The notes: generated by a model from the letters alone, not told the origin. Shown: positions 18,369 through 28,462, numbered from the stretch's first letter. The stretch is 64,000 bases of DNA from an uncultured bacterium (GCA_903839725.1 CAIMDG010000001.1:3558-67557); one strand, 5' to 3'. Numbers and translations are program-made.

Positions 18369-19025
18369 ATGTCAGATTCCAAAAAGACGACTGCGGACCT
18401 TGTGTTTGGTTTGCAGATCATTTTGGCTTGGGTTTTTAGTATAGCCCAGGCTCGACAGATGCTCATGAAGGGCACCCAGGGAACAACCATTACATGGTTT
18501 TTATTTTTTGAATTATTCCTGTCCGTCAATTTGTATTTGGCGTATGGGGTATATCAAGAGATAAAGGACCGCAAAACCTTTCAAATTTTGCTGGTCTATC
18601 TCAATTGGGTGCTTCTCATCACGGTTAACCTCGCGATTATCATGTGCAAGGGCACATGGAAAATTGATGACAGTATCGTCTCGATATTTGTTGTCATCGG
18701 AGTCGTTTCGACTCTGTGCGTGGGCTACCGTGGAAGCATCAGAAACACAATCGGGGACCCGGTAACCAAGGGTGTTGCGGCCATTTTCTTCAAGGGCGTG
18801 CCGCAACTATTCATGGGCTATTGCATCTACCGTGACCATGGTGGGACAGGTCTCCACTGGGTTGCACTGGTAGGAGGGCATTGCACGGTGTGCTTGCGCC
18901 TCATGGAGATAACCATGGAAATCCGGAAGATCGGGTGGAATAGGAAACTGAAAGGCCTATTCATCGGGGAAATTGGAAATTGGGGAAGCTGGATAGTTAC
19001 CTCAATAATTTGGATTGCAGTGTGA
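18369..19025 (+). CDS. Hypothetical polytopic membrane protein
   Basis: Intact 218-aa ORF with five or six hydrophobic helices. It is preceded by the promoter/operator above. Confidence 0.5.
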   Translation: MSDSKKTTADLVFGLQIILAWVFSIAQARQMLMKGTQGTTITWFLFFELFLSVNLYLAYGVYQEIKDRKTFQILLVYLNWVLLITVNLAIIMCKGTWKIDDSIVSIFVVIGVVSTLCVGYRGSIRNTIGDPVTKGVAAIFFKGVPQLFMGYCIYRDHGGTGLHWVALVGGHCTVCLRLMEITMEIRKIGWNRKLKGLFIGEIGNWGSWIVTSIIWIAV

Positions 19026-19055
19026 AAACCCGAAGCTTGCTTCGGGTTTTTCTTA
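19023..19055. terminator. Bidirectional rho-independent terminator (between 18369-19025 and ftsZ)
   Basis: aaacccgaagc ttgc ttcgggttt flanked by A/T runs. Confidence 0.65.
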
Positions 19056-19091
19056 TACAAAAAATGACCTCAAGGGTCATTTTTATGTGTA

Positions 19092-20282
19092 TTATTTCAA
19101 TCTTGATCTTCGAAGAAATGCTGGAACTGCACCCCAATCATCATCGTCATCCTTCGTCTCTTTCTTTGGTTCAGTCTTTTCTACAGGCGCTTCTTTCTTT
19201 GATTCAGAAACTGAATTGTAGATCTTGCCTGGTGTAGATGCTGTCTTGTCTGCACTTTTGTTGATAGCGATAGTTGATTCTGTGGAAGTTGATGTTACGC
19301 GTGGTGAAGCTCCTCCAGTAATAGAACCCTCAGGGAAACCAGTAGCGATAACGGTAATCTTGATTTCATTTTTCTTGAGCTTATCATCGCGAACAGTACC
19401 GAAGATAATCTTGGCTTCTGGATCGATAGACTCGGTAATGATCTTTGCAGCATCTTGGATTTCAAACATAGTAAGATCTTCACCACCAGCGATAGAGAAG
19501 AGAACGCCCTTTGCTCCGGCAATAGAAACATCGAGAAGCGGAGAGTTGATGGCGGCCTTGGCAGCTTCGATAGCACGATTCTCGCCTGAAGCAGAACCGA
19601 TACCCATAAGTGCTGATCCGGCATTTTCCATGACGGTACGAATATCAGCGAAGTCGATGTTGATGAGACCGGGAGTGGTGATCAAATCAGAGATACCTTC
19701 AACTGCTTGGCGGAGAATCTCATCACACATAACGAAAGCATTTTTGACTGTTGTTGCTTTGTCGATAGCTGAAAGGAGGCGATCGTTCGGAATAACGATA
19801 ATAGCATCTACTTCTTTCTTGAGATCCTCAAGAGCAGCTTCAGCAATACGACTACGCTGACGTCCTTCAAAGTAGAAAGGTTTGGTAACAACAGCAACAG
19901 TGAGACAACCGAGTTCTTTTGCAATACGTGCAACTGTAGGACTAGCTCCACTACCAGTTCCTCCGCCGAGACCGCAGGTAACGAAAACCATGTCAGCACC
20001 CTTTACTGATTCTTGGATTTCTTCTTTTGTTTCTTCAACTGCACGACGTCCGAGGTCTGGATTCATGCCTGTACCGAGACCGCGAGTGAGATTCTTACCG
20101 ATATGCACACGTTTCTTGGCGAGTGAGCGATGAAGATCCTGAGAATCTGTATTGATCGCCATGAAATCAACTCCACGCACTTTGCTTGCGATCATGTGAT
20201 TGACAGCATTCATTCCTGAACCTCCTACACCAAGAACCTTGATGCGTGCGAATGCTTCGATGTCGGGAGTAATGTTGGGCAT
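19092..20282 (-). CDS. ftsZ: Cell division GTPase FtsZ
   Basis: GVGGSGMNAVNHMI and GLGGGTGSGASP tubulin motifs. C-terminal conserved peptide DDDDDWGAVPAFLRR. Confidence 0.95.
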   Translation of the reverse strand: MPNITPDIEAFARIKVLGVGGSGMNAVNHMIASKVRGVDFMAINTDSQDLHRSLAKKRVHIGKNLTRGLGTGMNPDLGRRAVEETKEEIQESVKGADMVFVTCGLGGGTGSGASPTVARIAKELGCLTVAVVTKPFYFEGRQRSRIAEAALEDLKKEVDAIIVIPNDRLLSAIDKATTVKNAFVMCDEILRQAVEGISDLITTPGLINIDFADIRTVMENAGSALMGIGSASGENRAIEAAKAAINSPLLDVSIAGAKGVLFSIAGGEDLTMFEIQDAAKIITESIDPEAKIIFGTVRDDKLKKNEIKITVIATGFPEGSITGGASPRVTSTSTESTIAINKSADKTASTPGKIYNSVSESKKEAPVEKTEPKKETKDDDDDWGAVPAFLRRSRLK

Positions 20283-20478
20283 AAAGATAAGTTAAAAGTA
20301 AAAAGTTAAAAGGAGTGGCGTTCGTGCCACCTTAATTCTAATAGGACATTAAAAGTTCTACGGACGTACTCGACATGAAGGGGTAGGCCTTCTTTCTTGT
20401 ATGCACTGTATCATATCAAGTTATAGAAGGGGTGCAAGTCGATTTGGTCAATCAGAAGCTTGACAATATGTGGATATT

Positions 20479-20615
20479 GGGAAACGTATCTTTGCAGGAC
20501 ATAACTCTTCGAAGTGCGCCGAGGACGGGTAGCCAGCGATTAGCGCCCGAGGGCGAGCACGGCCTCCACTGGGCAGGCGACGGAGAAGAGTTATGTCCTG
20601 CAAAGATACGTTTCC
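20479..20615. repeat. GC-loop hairpin element, copy B: 31-bp perfect stem around a 73-nt GC-rich loop, in the ftsZ-ftsA intergenic region
   Basis: Stem ggaaacgtatctttgcaggacataactcttc / gaagagttatgtcctgcaaagatacgtttcc. The loop contains gtgcgccgaggacgggtagccagcgattagcgcccgagggcga, homologous (reverse complement) to the loop at 10801-10850, plus a 24-nt insertion. Confidence 0.8.
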
Positions 20616-20626
20616 TAGGACAGTAA

Positions 20627-21808
20627 TTATGGCAAGAATTGTTTGAACCAACGAGAAACTTTTTTCCAGAGATTTTTGAAAAAGGCAGATGTGGTGTCGA
20701 TCTCAGGTCCTTCGTCGGCGTGTGTACCCCAAATACAGAGTCCATAAGCGACTGCCCATGTGGCATCCTTGAAAGAAGACTTACCTTCAGTAAGACCAAG
20801 TGAGCCGATGCGTGAAGGGAGTTTGAGAGCTGCTTTGGCCATCTCGTCAATCATATTCAAGCCAGAACCTCCTCCGGTAATGATGATGCCGGCTGGCAAC
20901 AAACCATTTCTACCAATCTTCTTCAAGTGAGCTTCAACGAGATCAAATATATCTGAAACACGTGCAGATATGATTTCTTCAAGTTTTTTGCGAGGATATG
21001 AACTGCCGGTAATAGCTCCAATCTTAATCTGTTCTGCTTCCTCGAGGGGGACTTTGAGTCCAAGAGCAATGTCATTGGTGATGTCAGTAGAACCAATAGG
21101 GAATACTTCGAGAGAAGTTGGAATATTATTTTCGAATACAGCAATAGATACAGTTTCTGCTCCGATATTGGCGAGTACTGAGCCAGCAATCTTCTGTGTT
21201 TTTGAAAGAGTTACGAAACCAGCGGCAATAGGAGAAGCCATAACATCTTCGACTTCGATACCTGCTTCATTTACAGCAGCAATAAGATCTGACACGTGAT
21301 GATCAAGACAGGTGATAAATAATGTTTTTAATTCAAGCTTATTGCCTGAGAGACCTTCAGGATTGCCGAGTGAAGGGGTTCCATCAACTTTATATTGAAG
21401 AGGTATTGCGTAAATGATGCGACGATTTGCTATGGCTGCCCGAGGAATATCTTTTTCAGCTTGTTCATGCAATTTGGCAACATCGAGATCAGTAATCTCT
21501 GCATCTGCTCGTGATGTCATGATGGAGCTAATAACTACTGTTGAAGCAAGACCGATGCCATTTACTCCGACAAATGCTTTTTTGACTTTGATACCAGCTT
21601 TTTCCTCGGCACGTGATACTGCAAGGCGGATACTGTCTGCAACTTCACGAACATTGGTGACGTATCCATGTCTTAAACCACGTGATTCTGTAGTGCCAAC
21701 TCCTATAATTTTAGGGAACCCTTTGTCAGTCTTTTCTCGTCCATCAGCAATAACCACTTTGATGTGGTATGTTCCGACGTCAATTCCGGTAATGATGTTT
21801 CGAGCCAT
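20627..21808 (-). CDS. ftsA: Cell division protein FtsA
   Basis: MARNIITGIDVGTYHIKVVIA. Actin-fold motifs. C-terminal amphipathic tail. Confidence 0.9.
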   Translation of the reverse strand: MARNIITGIDVGTYHIKVVIADGREKTDKGFPKIIGVGTTESRGLRHGYVTNVREVADSIRLAVSRAEEKAGIKVKKAFVGVNGIGLASTVVISSIMTSRADAEITDLDVAKLHEQAEKDIPRAAIANRRIIYAIPLQYKVDGTPSLGNPEGLSGNKLELKTLFITCLDHHVSDLIAAVNEAGIEVEDVMASPIAAGFVTLSKTQKIAGSVLANIGAETVSIAVFENNIPTSLEVFPIGSTDITNDIALGLKVPLEEAEQIKIGAITGSSYPRKKLEEIISARVSDIFDLVEAHLKKIGRNGLLPAGIIITGGGSGLNMIDEMAKAALKLPSRIGSLGLTEGKSSFKDATWAVAYGLCIWGTHADEGPEIDTTSAFFKNLWKKVSRWFKQFLP

Positions 21809-21810
21809 GG

Positions 21811-21925
21811 GGAGGAGAAGTATGAAGGTATGAAGGAATTAATGTATGAAGGTATGTGGGTATAAAAGTATAAATGTACTACCGTGTATACGGACATACT
21901 TTCATACCTTCATACTTTCATTCCT
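21811..21925. repeat. Short direct and inverted repeats of TATGAAGG / CCTTCATA upstream of ftsA
   Basis: gtatgaaggtatgaaggaattaatgtatgaaggtatg ... catacctt catactttcattcctt. Several copies in both orientations in the ftsA leader. Confidence 0.5.
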
Positions 21926-22333
21926 TTATACTTTAAATTTCTTTCTCACTTCTACTTCTATACTCTCCATTATAGCGCTATGGTCGTGTCCTTTCAAATG
22001 AACACAACCGTGGATAAAGAGAAAAGGAAAGAAATTTTCATATGATCGATCAAATTTCTTTGCTTCTTCCTTTGTTTCTTTGGGAGATATGTATATTTCT
22101 CCTTCGGTTTCTGAAAGAGGGAAACTTAGAATATCAGTTGGAACTTCTTTGTTTCGGTATTGTGTGTTGAGTTTCTGTATATGTGCAGAAGTAGTAATGA
22201 TGACATTCAAGACATAGTCTTTACCAAGAACTTCATCTTTAATAGCCTCAAATGCTACATGAGGTATTTTCTCTTTTGTTTCGTTGGTAAGGGTGAAGTT
22301 GGACATGGATATATTGTATAGGGAAGGATGCAA
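21926..22333 (-). CDS. ybeY: Endoribonuclease YbeY (rRNA maturation factor)
   Basis: FIHGCVHLKGHDHS matches the H-x-x-x-H-x-x-x-x-x-H zinc motif. 135 aa. Confidence 0.85.
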   Translation of the reverse strand: MHPSLYNISMSNFTLTNETKEKIPHVAFEAIKDEVLGKDYVLNVIITTSAHIQKLNTQYRNKEVPTDILSFPLSETEGEIYISPKETKEEAKKFDRSYENFFPFLFIHGCVHLKGHDHSAIMESIEVEVRKKFKV

Positions 22334-22381
22334 TAAGCAAAGAAGGAAAGATATGTTGATCTTTCCTTCTTTGCTTATTTT

Positions 22382-22636
22382 TTATTTCTTTGGTCCTCCA
22401 CGGCGCTCAGGTTTTGCTGGTGCTTTGCCGAGTTTGATGAGTTCAGCCATATCAGCTTTGCGCTTGAGTCCTTCTAAAGTATGCTTTTTAACTTTGTAAG
22501 GAGACTGAGTGCGAGTCGCATAGCGAAGACTGCGTTTGCGTACAATAACGCCAGAACTTTGGACTTTGCGAGTAAAACGGCGCAATGTACTCATTGCGTT
22601 TTCACCTGGATTACGAGTTATTTCTACATTTATCAT
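22382..22636 (-). CDS. rpsU: 30S ribosomal protein S21
   Basis: MINVEITRNPGENAMSTLRRFTRKVQSSGVIVRKRSLRYATRTQSPYKVKKHTLEG follows the S21 pattern (ALRRFKR... E.R.R.FYEKPS.RKR). Confidence 0.7.
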   Translation of the reverse strand: MINVEITRNPGENAMSTLRRFTRKVQSSGVIVRKRSLRYATRTQSPYKVKKHTLEGLKRKADMAELIKLGKAPAKPERRGGPKK

Positions 22637-22692
22637 AGTGGGAAGTATAGTAGCATGGATTTATTTTGTAGGCAAATCCATTGCGGAGTCAT

Positions 22693-23934
22693 TTATTTCT
22701 TATGCCACTTGGTTTCGAGACTCTTCATATGCTTGGCAATGTCTTCGAGAGGAATGATGTTTTGCGCATGAGTATCATTGTCACGAACGATGATAGTACG
22801 TTCAACAGCCTCCTTTTTTCCTACAACGAGGACATACGGAGTATGATATTTTTCGACAGAAGATACTTGGGCAGTGAGGCGGTCTTTTGCGAGAGAAAGG
22901 TGAAGAGGAATCTTTGCATTACGGAGACACTCAATAATTTCAAGAGATATAAGTTTTGATTCAACACCAAGTTGCACGAATGCAGCGATGGGGCGTTTTA
23001 CTTTGGCGAGAGGTTTACGTAATTCAGTCTTGCCTTCTTTGACAAGAAGAGAGATACCTACACCTTGAACATCTCGTTTGATAGCGAGACGCTTAGCAAG
23101 ACCGTTGTAACGTACACCAACTGCAAGAATACGCTGTGCCTTTGCTTTTTCACTTACATCAGAATTGATGATAGTGAATATTGTTTCAGTACAATATTTA
23201 CGATTACCAATGAGACTATTGTTGATAACATACGGAATAGAAAGTTTTTCGAGATATTCAAGTACTTCTTCAAGGTGGCGTCGGCTCGTCTCAGATAAGA
23301 AATCCATTGATCGTGGAGCCTTAGCATTTATTTCTTGAGCATCAGGATTGCGTGAAGCAAGAAGTTCGAAAGGATCTTGTTTCAAGAGTTGTCGGCACGC
23401 AGCAGACATCGTATTGATGTGCTTTCGGTAATATGAAGTCAGTTCACGAGTAAAACGGGCAATTGATTCACGGTCACCAATAGAGTTTATCTCTACAGAT
23501 GTGTTGGTGTAACCTTCTTCAGTGAGCATGGTGCGTGAAGTCTGGATAAGTGTAGCTTCGGCGATTGGTCCAGATGTTCCGAGAATTTCTAGGTCAGCAT
23601 AACGATGATATTTGCCTTTGCGTGTTGAACCACGAGATGGATCCTTGAAGTAAATCATGACCGGTTGTGTCATGGCATGAAGTTGTTGCTCATGATATGT
23701 GCGGATGATGGCAATTTTCTCTTCTACGTGAAGAGGTAAGTGGGCATGGAGTTCAGTTTCATCATCGACATAATCTCCTTCGAGTATATCTTTTGCGGCA
23801 TCAATGTCTTCTTTGGTGATCGTTGGACTCTTCATTGGTACAAAACCATAGTAGGTCGATATTTCACCAATCTTGTCGAGATGTTCGTATGAAATGAATT
23901 TTGATTCTGTCGGTTTTTTATGTGATGCGGGCAT
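22693..23934 (-). CDS. hisS: Histidine--tRNA ligase
   Basis: Class-II motif 2-like (KGKYHRYADLEILG). HisB-like AVGVRYNGL. C-terminal anticodon-binding domain. Confidence 0.8.
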   Translation of the reverse strand: MPASHKKPTESKFISYEHLDKIGEISTYYGFVPMKSPTITKEDIDAAKDILEGDYVDDETELHAHLPLHVEEKIAIIRTYHEQQLHAMTQPVMIYFKDPSRGSTRKGKYHRYADLEILGTSGPIAEATLIQTSRTMLTEEGYTNTSVEINSIGDRESIARFTRELTSYYRKHINTMSAACRQLLKQDPFELLASRNPDAQEINAKAPRSMDFLSETSRRHLEEVLEYLEKLSIPYVINNSLIGNRKYCTETIFTIINSDVSEKAKAQRILAVGVRYNGLAKRLAIKRDVQGVGISLLVKEGKTELRKPLAKVKRPIAAFVQLGVESKLISLEIIECLRNAKIPLHLSLAKDRLTAQVSSVEKYHTPYVLVVGKKEAVERTIIVRDNDTHAQNIIPLEDIAKHMKSLETKWHKK

Positions 23935-23986
23935 ATGATTGTTGCAGAATATGGATAATGTTTATAAATCAAATCTGAATAGGTTT

Positions 23987-24628
23987 CTATTCATGCTCTC
24001 CTGGCCAAAATGCCAAAGCTGAAAGAGGGAACATTCTCACTATAGGTTTTCCTACAATGAACTTCTTGTCGAGTAATCCCCATACGCGAGAATCAGAACT
24101 CTCTGCGCGGTTGTCTCCCATAACAAAATATTCATGGGCACCAACTGATGATCGGTAAGAATCATGTGATGCGTGAGAAGGATCGACGTATGACTGATCA
24201 AGTGTGATGCCTTTTGGATTTTGCTCGTTGGTGATAGTGACTATACCGTTACGAATATCAACGTATTCATTGGGGAGACCAATAATACGCTTTATATAGT
24301 AGACACTTGGGTTGTTGGGATATTCGAATATGATGACATCACCACGTTTTGGTTCGGTGAATCGGTATGTCAAACGATCGACGATCAAAAATTGTCCTGT
24401 TGAAAAAGTAGGATCCATCGAAGCGCCACTAACGATGAATGGTTCTGCGATGAAGTATCTTACCGGGAGTGCAATAACGAGTGCGATGATAATGACTTTT
24501 ACCCATTCAGCAACATTTTGCCAAAAAGTTTTTGCTTGAGGGGAGAGGATAGGCTGATGTGGTTTATTTTTGATATCAGCTGTATCCATAAGTTGCTCTA
24601 TTGTAGTACAAAATGTCATTTGACACAA
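23987..24628 (-). CDS. lepB: Signal peptidase I
   Basis: SGASMDPTF (catalytic Ser box) and GDNRAESSDSR boxes. N-terminal TM. Confidence 0.85.
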   Translation of the reverse strand: MCQMTFCTTIEQLMDTADIKNKPHQPILSPQAKTFWQNVAEWVKVIIIALVIALPVRYFIAEPFIVSGASMDPTFSTGQFLIVDRLTYRFTEPKRGDVIIFEYPNNPSVYYIKRIIGLPNEYVDIRNGIVTITNEQNPKGITLDQSYVDPSHASHDSYRSSVGAHEYFVMGDNRAESSDSRVWGLLDKKFIVGKPIVRMFPLSALAFWPGEHE

Positions 24629-24660
24629 GTATAAAATGAGTGTTTATGTATGTTTTAAAT

Positions 24661-24866
24661 ACAAAACGCGCAGGAGGGGTGTGTACTCATTTTTCTCCCA
24701 TAGGTTAGAGACACTTACATTACACAGCGTACCCCAATGTTTACAACCTATGGGAGAAAAATGAGTACACACCCCTCCTGCGCGTTTTGTGCAGCATCTC
24801 AAATATGTAATCTTCATTAAAATTTGATTCTTTTTTCATCACATCTTCATTTCAGTTTGATATGGT
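24661..24866. repeat. Palindromic hairpin element copy 2 (24661-24790; loop inverted relative to copies 1 and 3) plus ~75-nt conserved leader (24791-24866) upstream of the pilB-like gene
   Basis: Arms acaaaacgcgcaggaggggtgtgtactcatttttctcccataggtt / revcomp. Loop agagacacttacattacacagcgtaccccaatgtttac is the reverse complement of the copy-3 loop. The leader tgtgcagcatctcaaatatgtaatcttcattaaaatttgattcttttttcatcacatcttcatttcag is ~90% identical to 29600-29680. Confidence 0.85.
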
Positions 24867-26000
24867 GTGGACATGAATATGATACACACATCAGTAGTAC
24901 AGGAATTTCCGCAACATCCAGCTACAGCGGTTGAGGCAATAGAAGGTATTCTTGCGTATGCAACTAGTCTGGGATGTTCTGATATTCATATTGATCCGAC
25001 TGACAAATATACCATTGTACGAGTGAGAATTGATGGAACGATCGAAGTGGCAGGAATGGTTACAAAACGACTTCATGATGAGATGATTTCTCGTTTGAAA
25101 ATACTTTCAGGTGCACGCACGGATCTTCATGCATTACCACAAGATGGACGTTGGAAAACAGATATTCTTGGTCGTATATATAATGTCCGAATTTCATTCG
25201 TGCCAACCTATCATGGTGAGAATGCGGTACTTAGACTTTTGCCAACAGATTCAGTTGTTCAGGTTTCATTTGCTAAACTTGGTTTTACTCCGGATATTGT
25301 AAGTATGATTGATAGGGCATTACAACGAACACATGGTCTTATTTTGGTAACGGGGCCCACAGGTTCAGGTAAAACAACCACATTACATAGTTGTCTCGCT
25401 CTCAAATCTCATGAACCTCTCTCGATAATAACTCTCGAAGATCCAGTTGAATATGAGATTGCTGGTATTCGACAGATTCACATACGTCATTCACATGGAC
25501 TTACGTTTGCGCATGGATTGCGAGCATCATTACGACAAGATCCAGATGTCATTATGGTTGGGGAAATACGAGATTCCGAAACTGCCAAAGTTGCGATTCA
25601 TACCGCACTTACTGGCCACTTAGTTTTGTCTACGCTTCATACAAATTCAGCACTCGATGCTATTCCTCGACTTATTGATATGGGAGTTGACGCATATTTA
25701 CTCGCATCAACACTCAAGGTAGTAGTTGCTCAACGTCTGGTAAGAAAAGTATGCGATGAATGCAATGGTAGTGGTTGTGTTGTGTGCCGTATGACCGGAT
25801 ATGTTGGTCGATTAGTTATTGCTGAGGCATACGAAGTTGATGAAGAAATGCAAAAATTACTAATCAAAAAAGCGTCAGTCGCCACATTGCAAGAATATGT
25901 AAATAAAAAAGGATTTCGAAATCTGGCAGATGATGGTAGAGAAAAGATTGAATGGGGAGTCACCACTCAAGAAGAAGTATTACGTGTGCTTTCTGAATAA
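24867..26000 (+). CDS. Type IV pilus/type II secretion assembly ATPase (PilB/GspE family, short form)
   Basis: Walker A LILVTGPTGSGKTTTL. Asp box, His box and the C-terminal tetracysteine CDECNGSGCVVC are present. The ORF-track start is GTG; ATG at ~24873. Confidence 0.85.
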   Translation: MDMNMIHTSVVQEFPQHPATAVEAIEGILAYATSLGCSDIHIDPTDKYTIVRVRIDGTIEVAGMVTKRLHDEMISRLKILSGARTDLHALPQDGRWKTDILGRIYNVRISFVPTYHGENAVLRLLPTDSVVQVSFAKLGFTPDIVSMIDRALQRTHGLILVTGPTGSGKTTTLHSCLALKSHEPLSIITLEDPVEYEIAGIRQIHIRHSHGLTFAHGLRASLRQDPDVIMVGEIRDSETAKVAIHTALTGHLVLSTLHTNSALDAIPRLIDMGVDAYLLASTLKVVVAQRLVRKVCDECNGSGCVVCRMTGYVGRLVIAEAYEVDEEMQKLLIKKASVATLQEYVNKKGFRNLADDGREKIEWGVTTQEEVLRVLSE

Positions 26001-26003
26001 TAT

Positions 26004-27050
26004 ATGACATTACAACGTACATGGAAACGAAGTAACAGCATTATATTTTTTGAAAGTCTTGAATCATATCTATCCGCAGGTTTGTCTCTTGATACTTGTA
26101 TACGGATGATTGGCCAGAGTTCTGCTTCTTACAAGAAGAATGTGTACACTCGTATGAATGAAGTTATTGAAAGGGGAGGATTATTCTCGGATGCTCTTGC
26201 GGAGACTGTTTCGATGCATATAACTACAATACATTTGATTCGTCACGGTGAATCGTCGGGAGATCTATTGAGGAGTATCACCCTCGCACGTTCTTTGTTG
26301 GAACATCAAGATGAGCTTATAAAGAATTGTCTGTCAGCTATGGCATACCCGTGTATTATTGGTTTCTTTGCGATTGTTTTAGTTATTGGTTTGATACGTG
26401 GGGTCATGCCACAAATTATTCCTATGTTAATTGGTTTACATGTGCAACTCCCCATTCTCACTCGCATCGTCATCTCGATGTCAGATATAACTACAAAATA
26501 TGGCTTGTATATAGTATTGGGTATATGTGTTTGCATCTCTTCATTTGTATTCATATATAAAAGATATGAAAAGTGTATGTATATGTGTCACGTAGTAATT
26601 CTCCATATTCCAATTATTGGAAAACTTGTTCGTAGTTATGCCACATCGGTATTTTTACATTCATGTGGGGCACTTCTTGATTCAGGGGTAGGTATTAGTA
26701 AAGCATACCCAAGTACCACTTCGACCATCTCAGTCTTACCGATACGATCCTATATGTCTTCATTTTGTACACGCATAGACAATGGTGCACAGCTCAGTTC
26801 AGTTTTTTATCATAAAGTTTTTCCACCATATATTTCAGCACTCATATCAGCAGGGGAATCATCAGGAACTCTGGGTCAGTCCTGTATTCGTGCCGCCCTT
26901 ATCACCGATCGTAATATGAAGCATTCATTGAAACGACTCACATCTCTTATTGAACCAATCATGATGGTTGGAATGGGTTTGATCATTGGAGCGATTGCTT
27001 TATCAATTTTGATGCCTATTTATGATATTTCAAAAGTACTACAAAAATAA
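26004..27050 (+). CDS. Type IV pilus platform protein (PilC/GspF family)
   Basis: Two GspF-like repeats with TM helices. Follows the ATPase gene in an operon. Confidence 0.75.
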   Translation: MTLQRTWKRSNSIIFFESLESYLSAGLSLDTCIRMIGQSSASYKKNVYTRMNEVIERGGLFSDALAETVSMHITTIHLIRHGESSGDLLRSITLARSLLEHQDELIKNCLSAMAYPCIIGFFAIVLVIGLIRGVMPQIIPMLIGLHVQLPILTRIVISMSDITTKYGLYIVLGICVCISSFVFIYKRYEKCMYMCHVVILHIPIIGKLVRSYATSVFLHSCGALLDSGVGISKAYPSTTSTISVLPIRSYMSSFCTRIDNGAQLSSVFYHKVFPPYISALISAGESSGTLGQSCIRAALITDRNMKHSLKRLTSLIEPIMMVGMGLIIGAIALSILMPIYDISKVLQK

Positions 27051-28452
27051 GTTTTATACTCTATATAATTCAACCATCAATACAAGACGAGGAATACTTT
27101 TGGTTGATATTATCGTGGCTCTTTCTTTGTCAGCTCTTTTTGTGGTACTTATCACTGAATCTTCCATGAATGCTCGTGAGGTGTTTCGTCACGCGCATGA
27201 ACGTTCTGAATTATTGGATATATACGAGACACGCTCAAACGAAATTAGCAGTTTATTGCCATATGGAATATATTCTAAAAATGGTCTGTCAGCCAAGGCA
27301 CGTTGGTATGGTAATGAACGTATTCAAACAGATGTTGAAGTAGAGAGTACTACATCATCTCAAACAGTTATGTTTACGATGGTGCGCACATATCCATTTG
27401 CGCGAATATCAGAGGCTGCAGGAACACCTATGTGTTCAGTTGATTTTCTTGAAGGTTCAAAAAATATAATGATCACCCCAATCTCACTACCAATATCCTC
27501 GTCCATTCTATTGACTCATCTTGAGGTTAGAAATGGTATTGCATACATCTCAGCTGATTCACCCAAAGCTTCGGATGCGGATATATTCGTTGTTGATATA
27601 AGAGAACCACTTCATTCAAGTTTGCTGAGTCAAATAAATACTGGTCCCGGGATAACCTCATTTGTCCTAGCTGGAAATCATATATATGCAGCCGCAGCGA
27701 GTACTGCTGCCCAACTTCATAGCATTCGCCTTGATAGTTTGCAGAGTCTTATTCTTGAAAAGAAATATCAAATTCCGTTACCGTATGCTACTGCAACACC
27801 TCCGTTGGGAAGTAGTATATTTTTTAATAAGAATACAATATATCTTGGCACTGAAAAATGGGATGGTGATGAATTTTTTATTATAGATGCATCTAGTCCA
27901 TCACAGCCCATTACAAAATCAAGTCTCAATATTGATACAAAGATCAATGATATAGCTATTCGAGGTGATCGTGCATACATTGCCGCTTCTGGAGAACAAC
28001 AGATGGTTGTCGCAGATATTCAAGATGTATTGTCTCCTCATATTATTGCTTCATTCGATCCTTCAGGATGGTCTCGACAAGAAGTAAAAGTCATTTCTGT
28101 TTTTGAAGATAGTTTGAATCTTGGACGAACTTCTGGTGGTTTTAATATTGCTCAGGATCATGAATTATTTGCATGGGCCTCAACTTCCTTGAATTGGCGA
28201 CCTGATGTAAGTTCTCATCAATCCGTCGATATTCCTGCTGGCGTATACGGAATCGTTACCAATCGAAATCGTATATATCTAGCGACACGACAGATTGGTA
28301 AAGAATTACAAATATTTGATATGCCATTGTCTACAAGTACGCTTGTTTCGTATGCATTACCAGTTGCGCCACAAGGCATGACATGTGACGGGGATATTAT
28401 CTATGTATTAGGAAAAGGAGCTTCTGTCATATATAAAATTACTAGTAAATAA
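27022..28452 (+). CDS. Large pilin-like protein (N-terminal prepilin-like TM helix, D at +5; tip/minor pilin candidate)
   Basis: RRGILLVDIIVALSLSALFVVLITES resembles a class-III signal and α1 helix. The remainder is beta-rich repeats. Position in the pilus operon supports the call. Confidence 0.45.
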   Translation: MIFQKYYKNKFYTLYNSTINTRRGILLVDIIVALSLSALFVVLITESSMNAREVFRHAHERSELLDIYETRSNEISSLLPYGIYSKNGLSAKARWYGNERIQTDVEVESTTSSQTVMFTMVRTYPFARISEAAGTPMCSVDFLEGSKNIMITPISLPISSSILLTHLEVRNGIAYISADSPKASDADIFVVDIREPLHSSLLSQINTGPGITSFVLAGNHIYAAAASTAAQLHSIRLDSLQSLILEKKYQIPLPYATATPPLGSSIFFNKNTIYLGTEKWDGDEFFIIDASSPSQPITKSSLNIDTKINDIAIRGDRAYIAASGEQQMVVADIQDVLSPHIIASFDPSGWSRQEVKVISVFEDSLNLGRTSGGFNIAQDHELFAWASTSLNWRPDVSSHQSVDIPAGVYGIVTNRNRIYLATRQIGKELQIFDMPLSTSTLVSYALPVAPQGMTCDGDIIYVLGKGASVIYKITSK

Positions 28453-28462
28453 TCTTTTATAT

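Noticed and set aside
27022-27050. Overlaps between adjacent ORF-track models (pilC / pilin-like 27022; 28602 start; purC-E 58159 versus dGTPase-like stop 58156; purL start 54379).
   Set aside because: The ORF track takes the longest ORF, including TTG/GTG starts. Family alignments indicate internal start codons (29830 for the pilin, ~54253 for purL, ~58045 for purC-E, ~12176 for tsaD), so most overlaps are artefacts rather than genuine gene overlaps.
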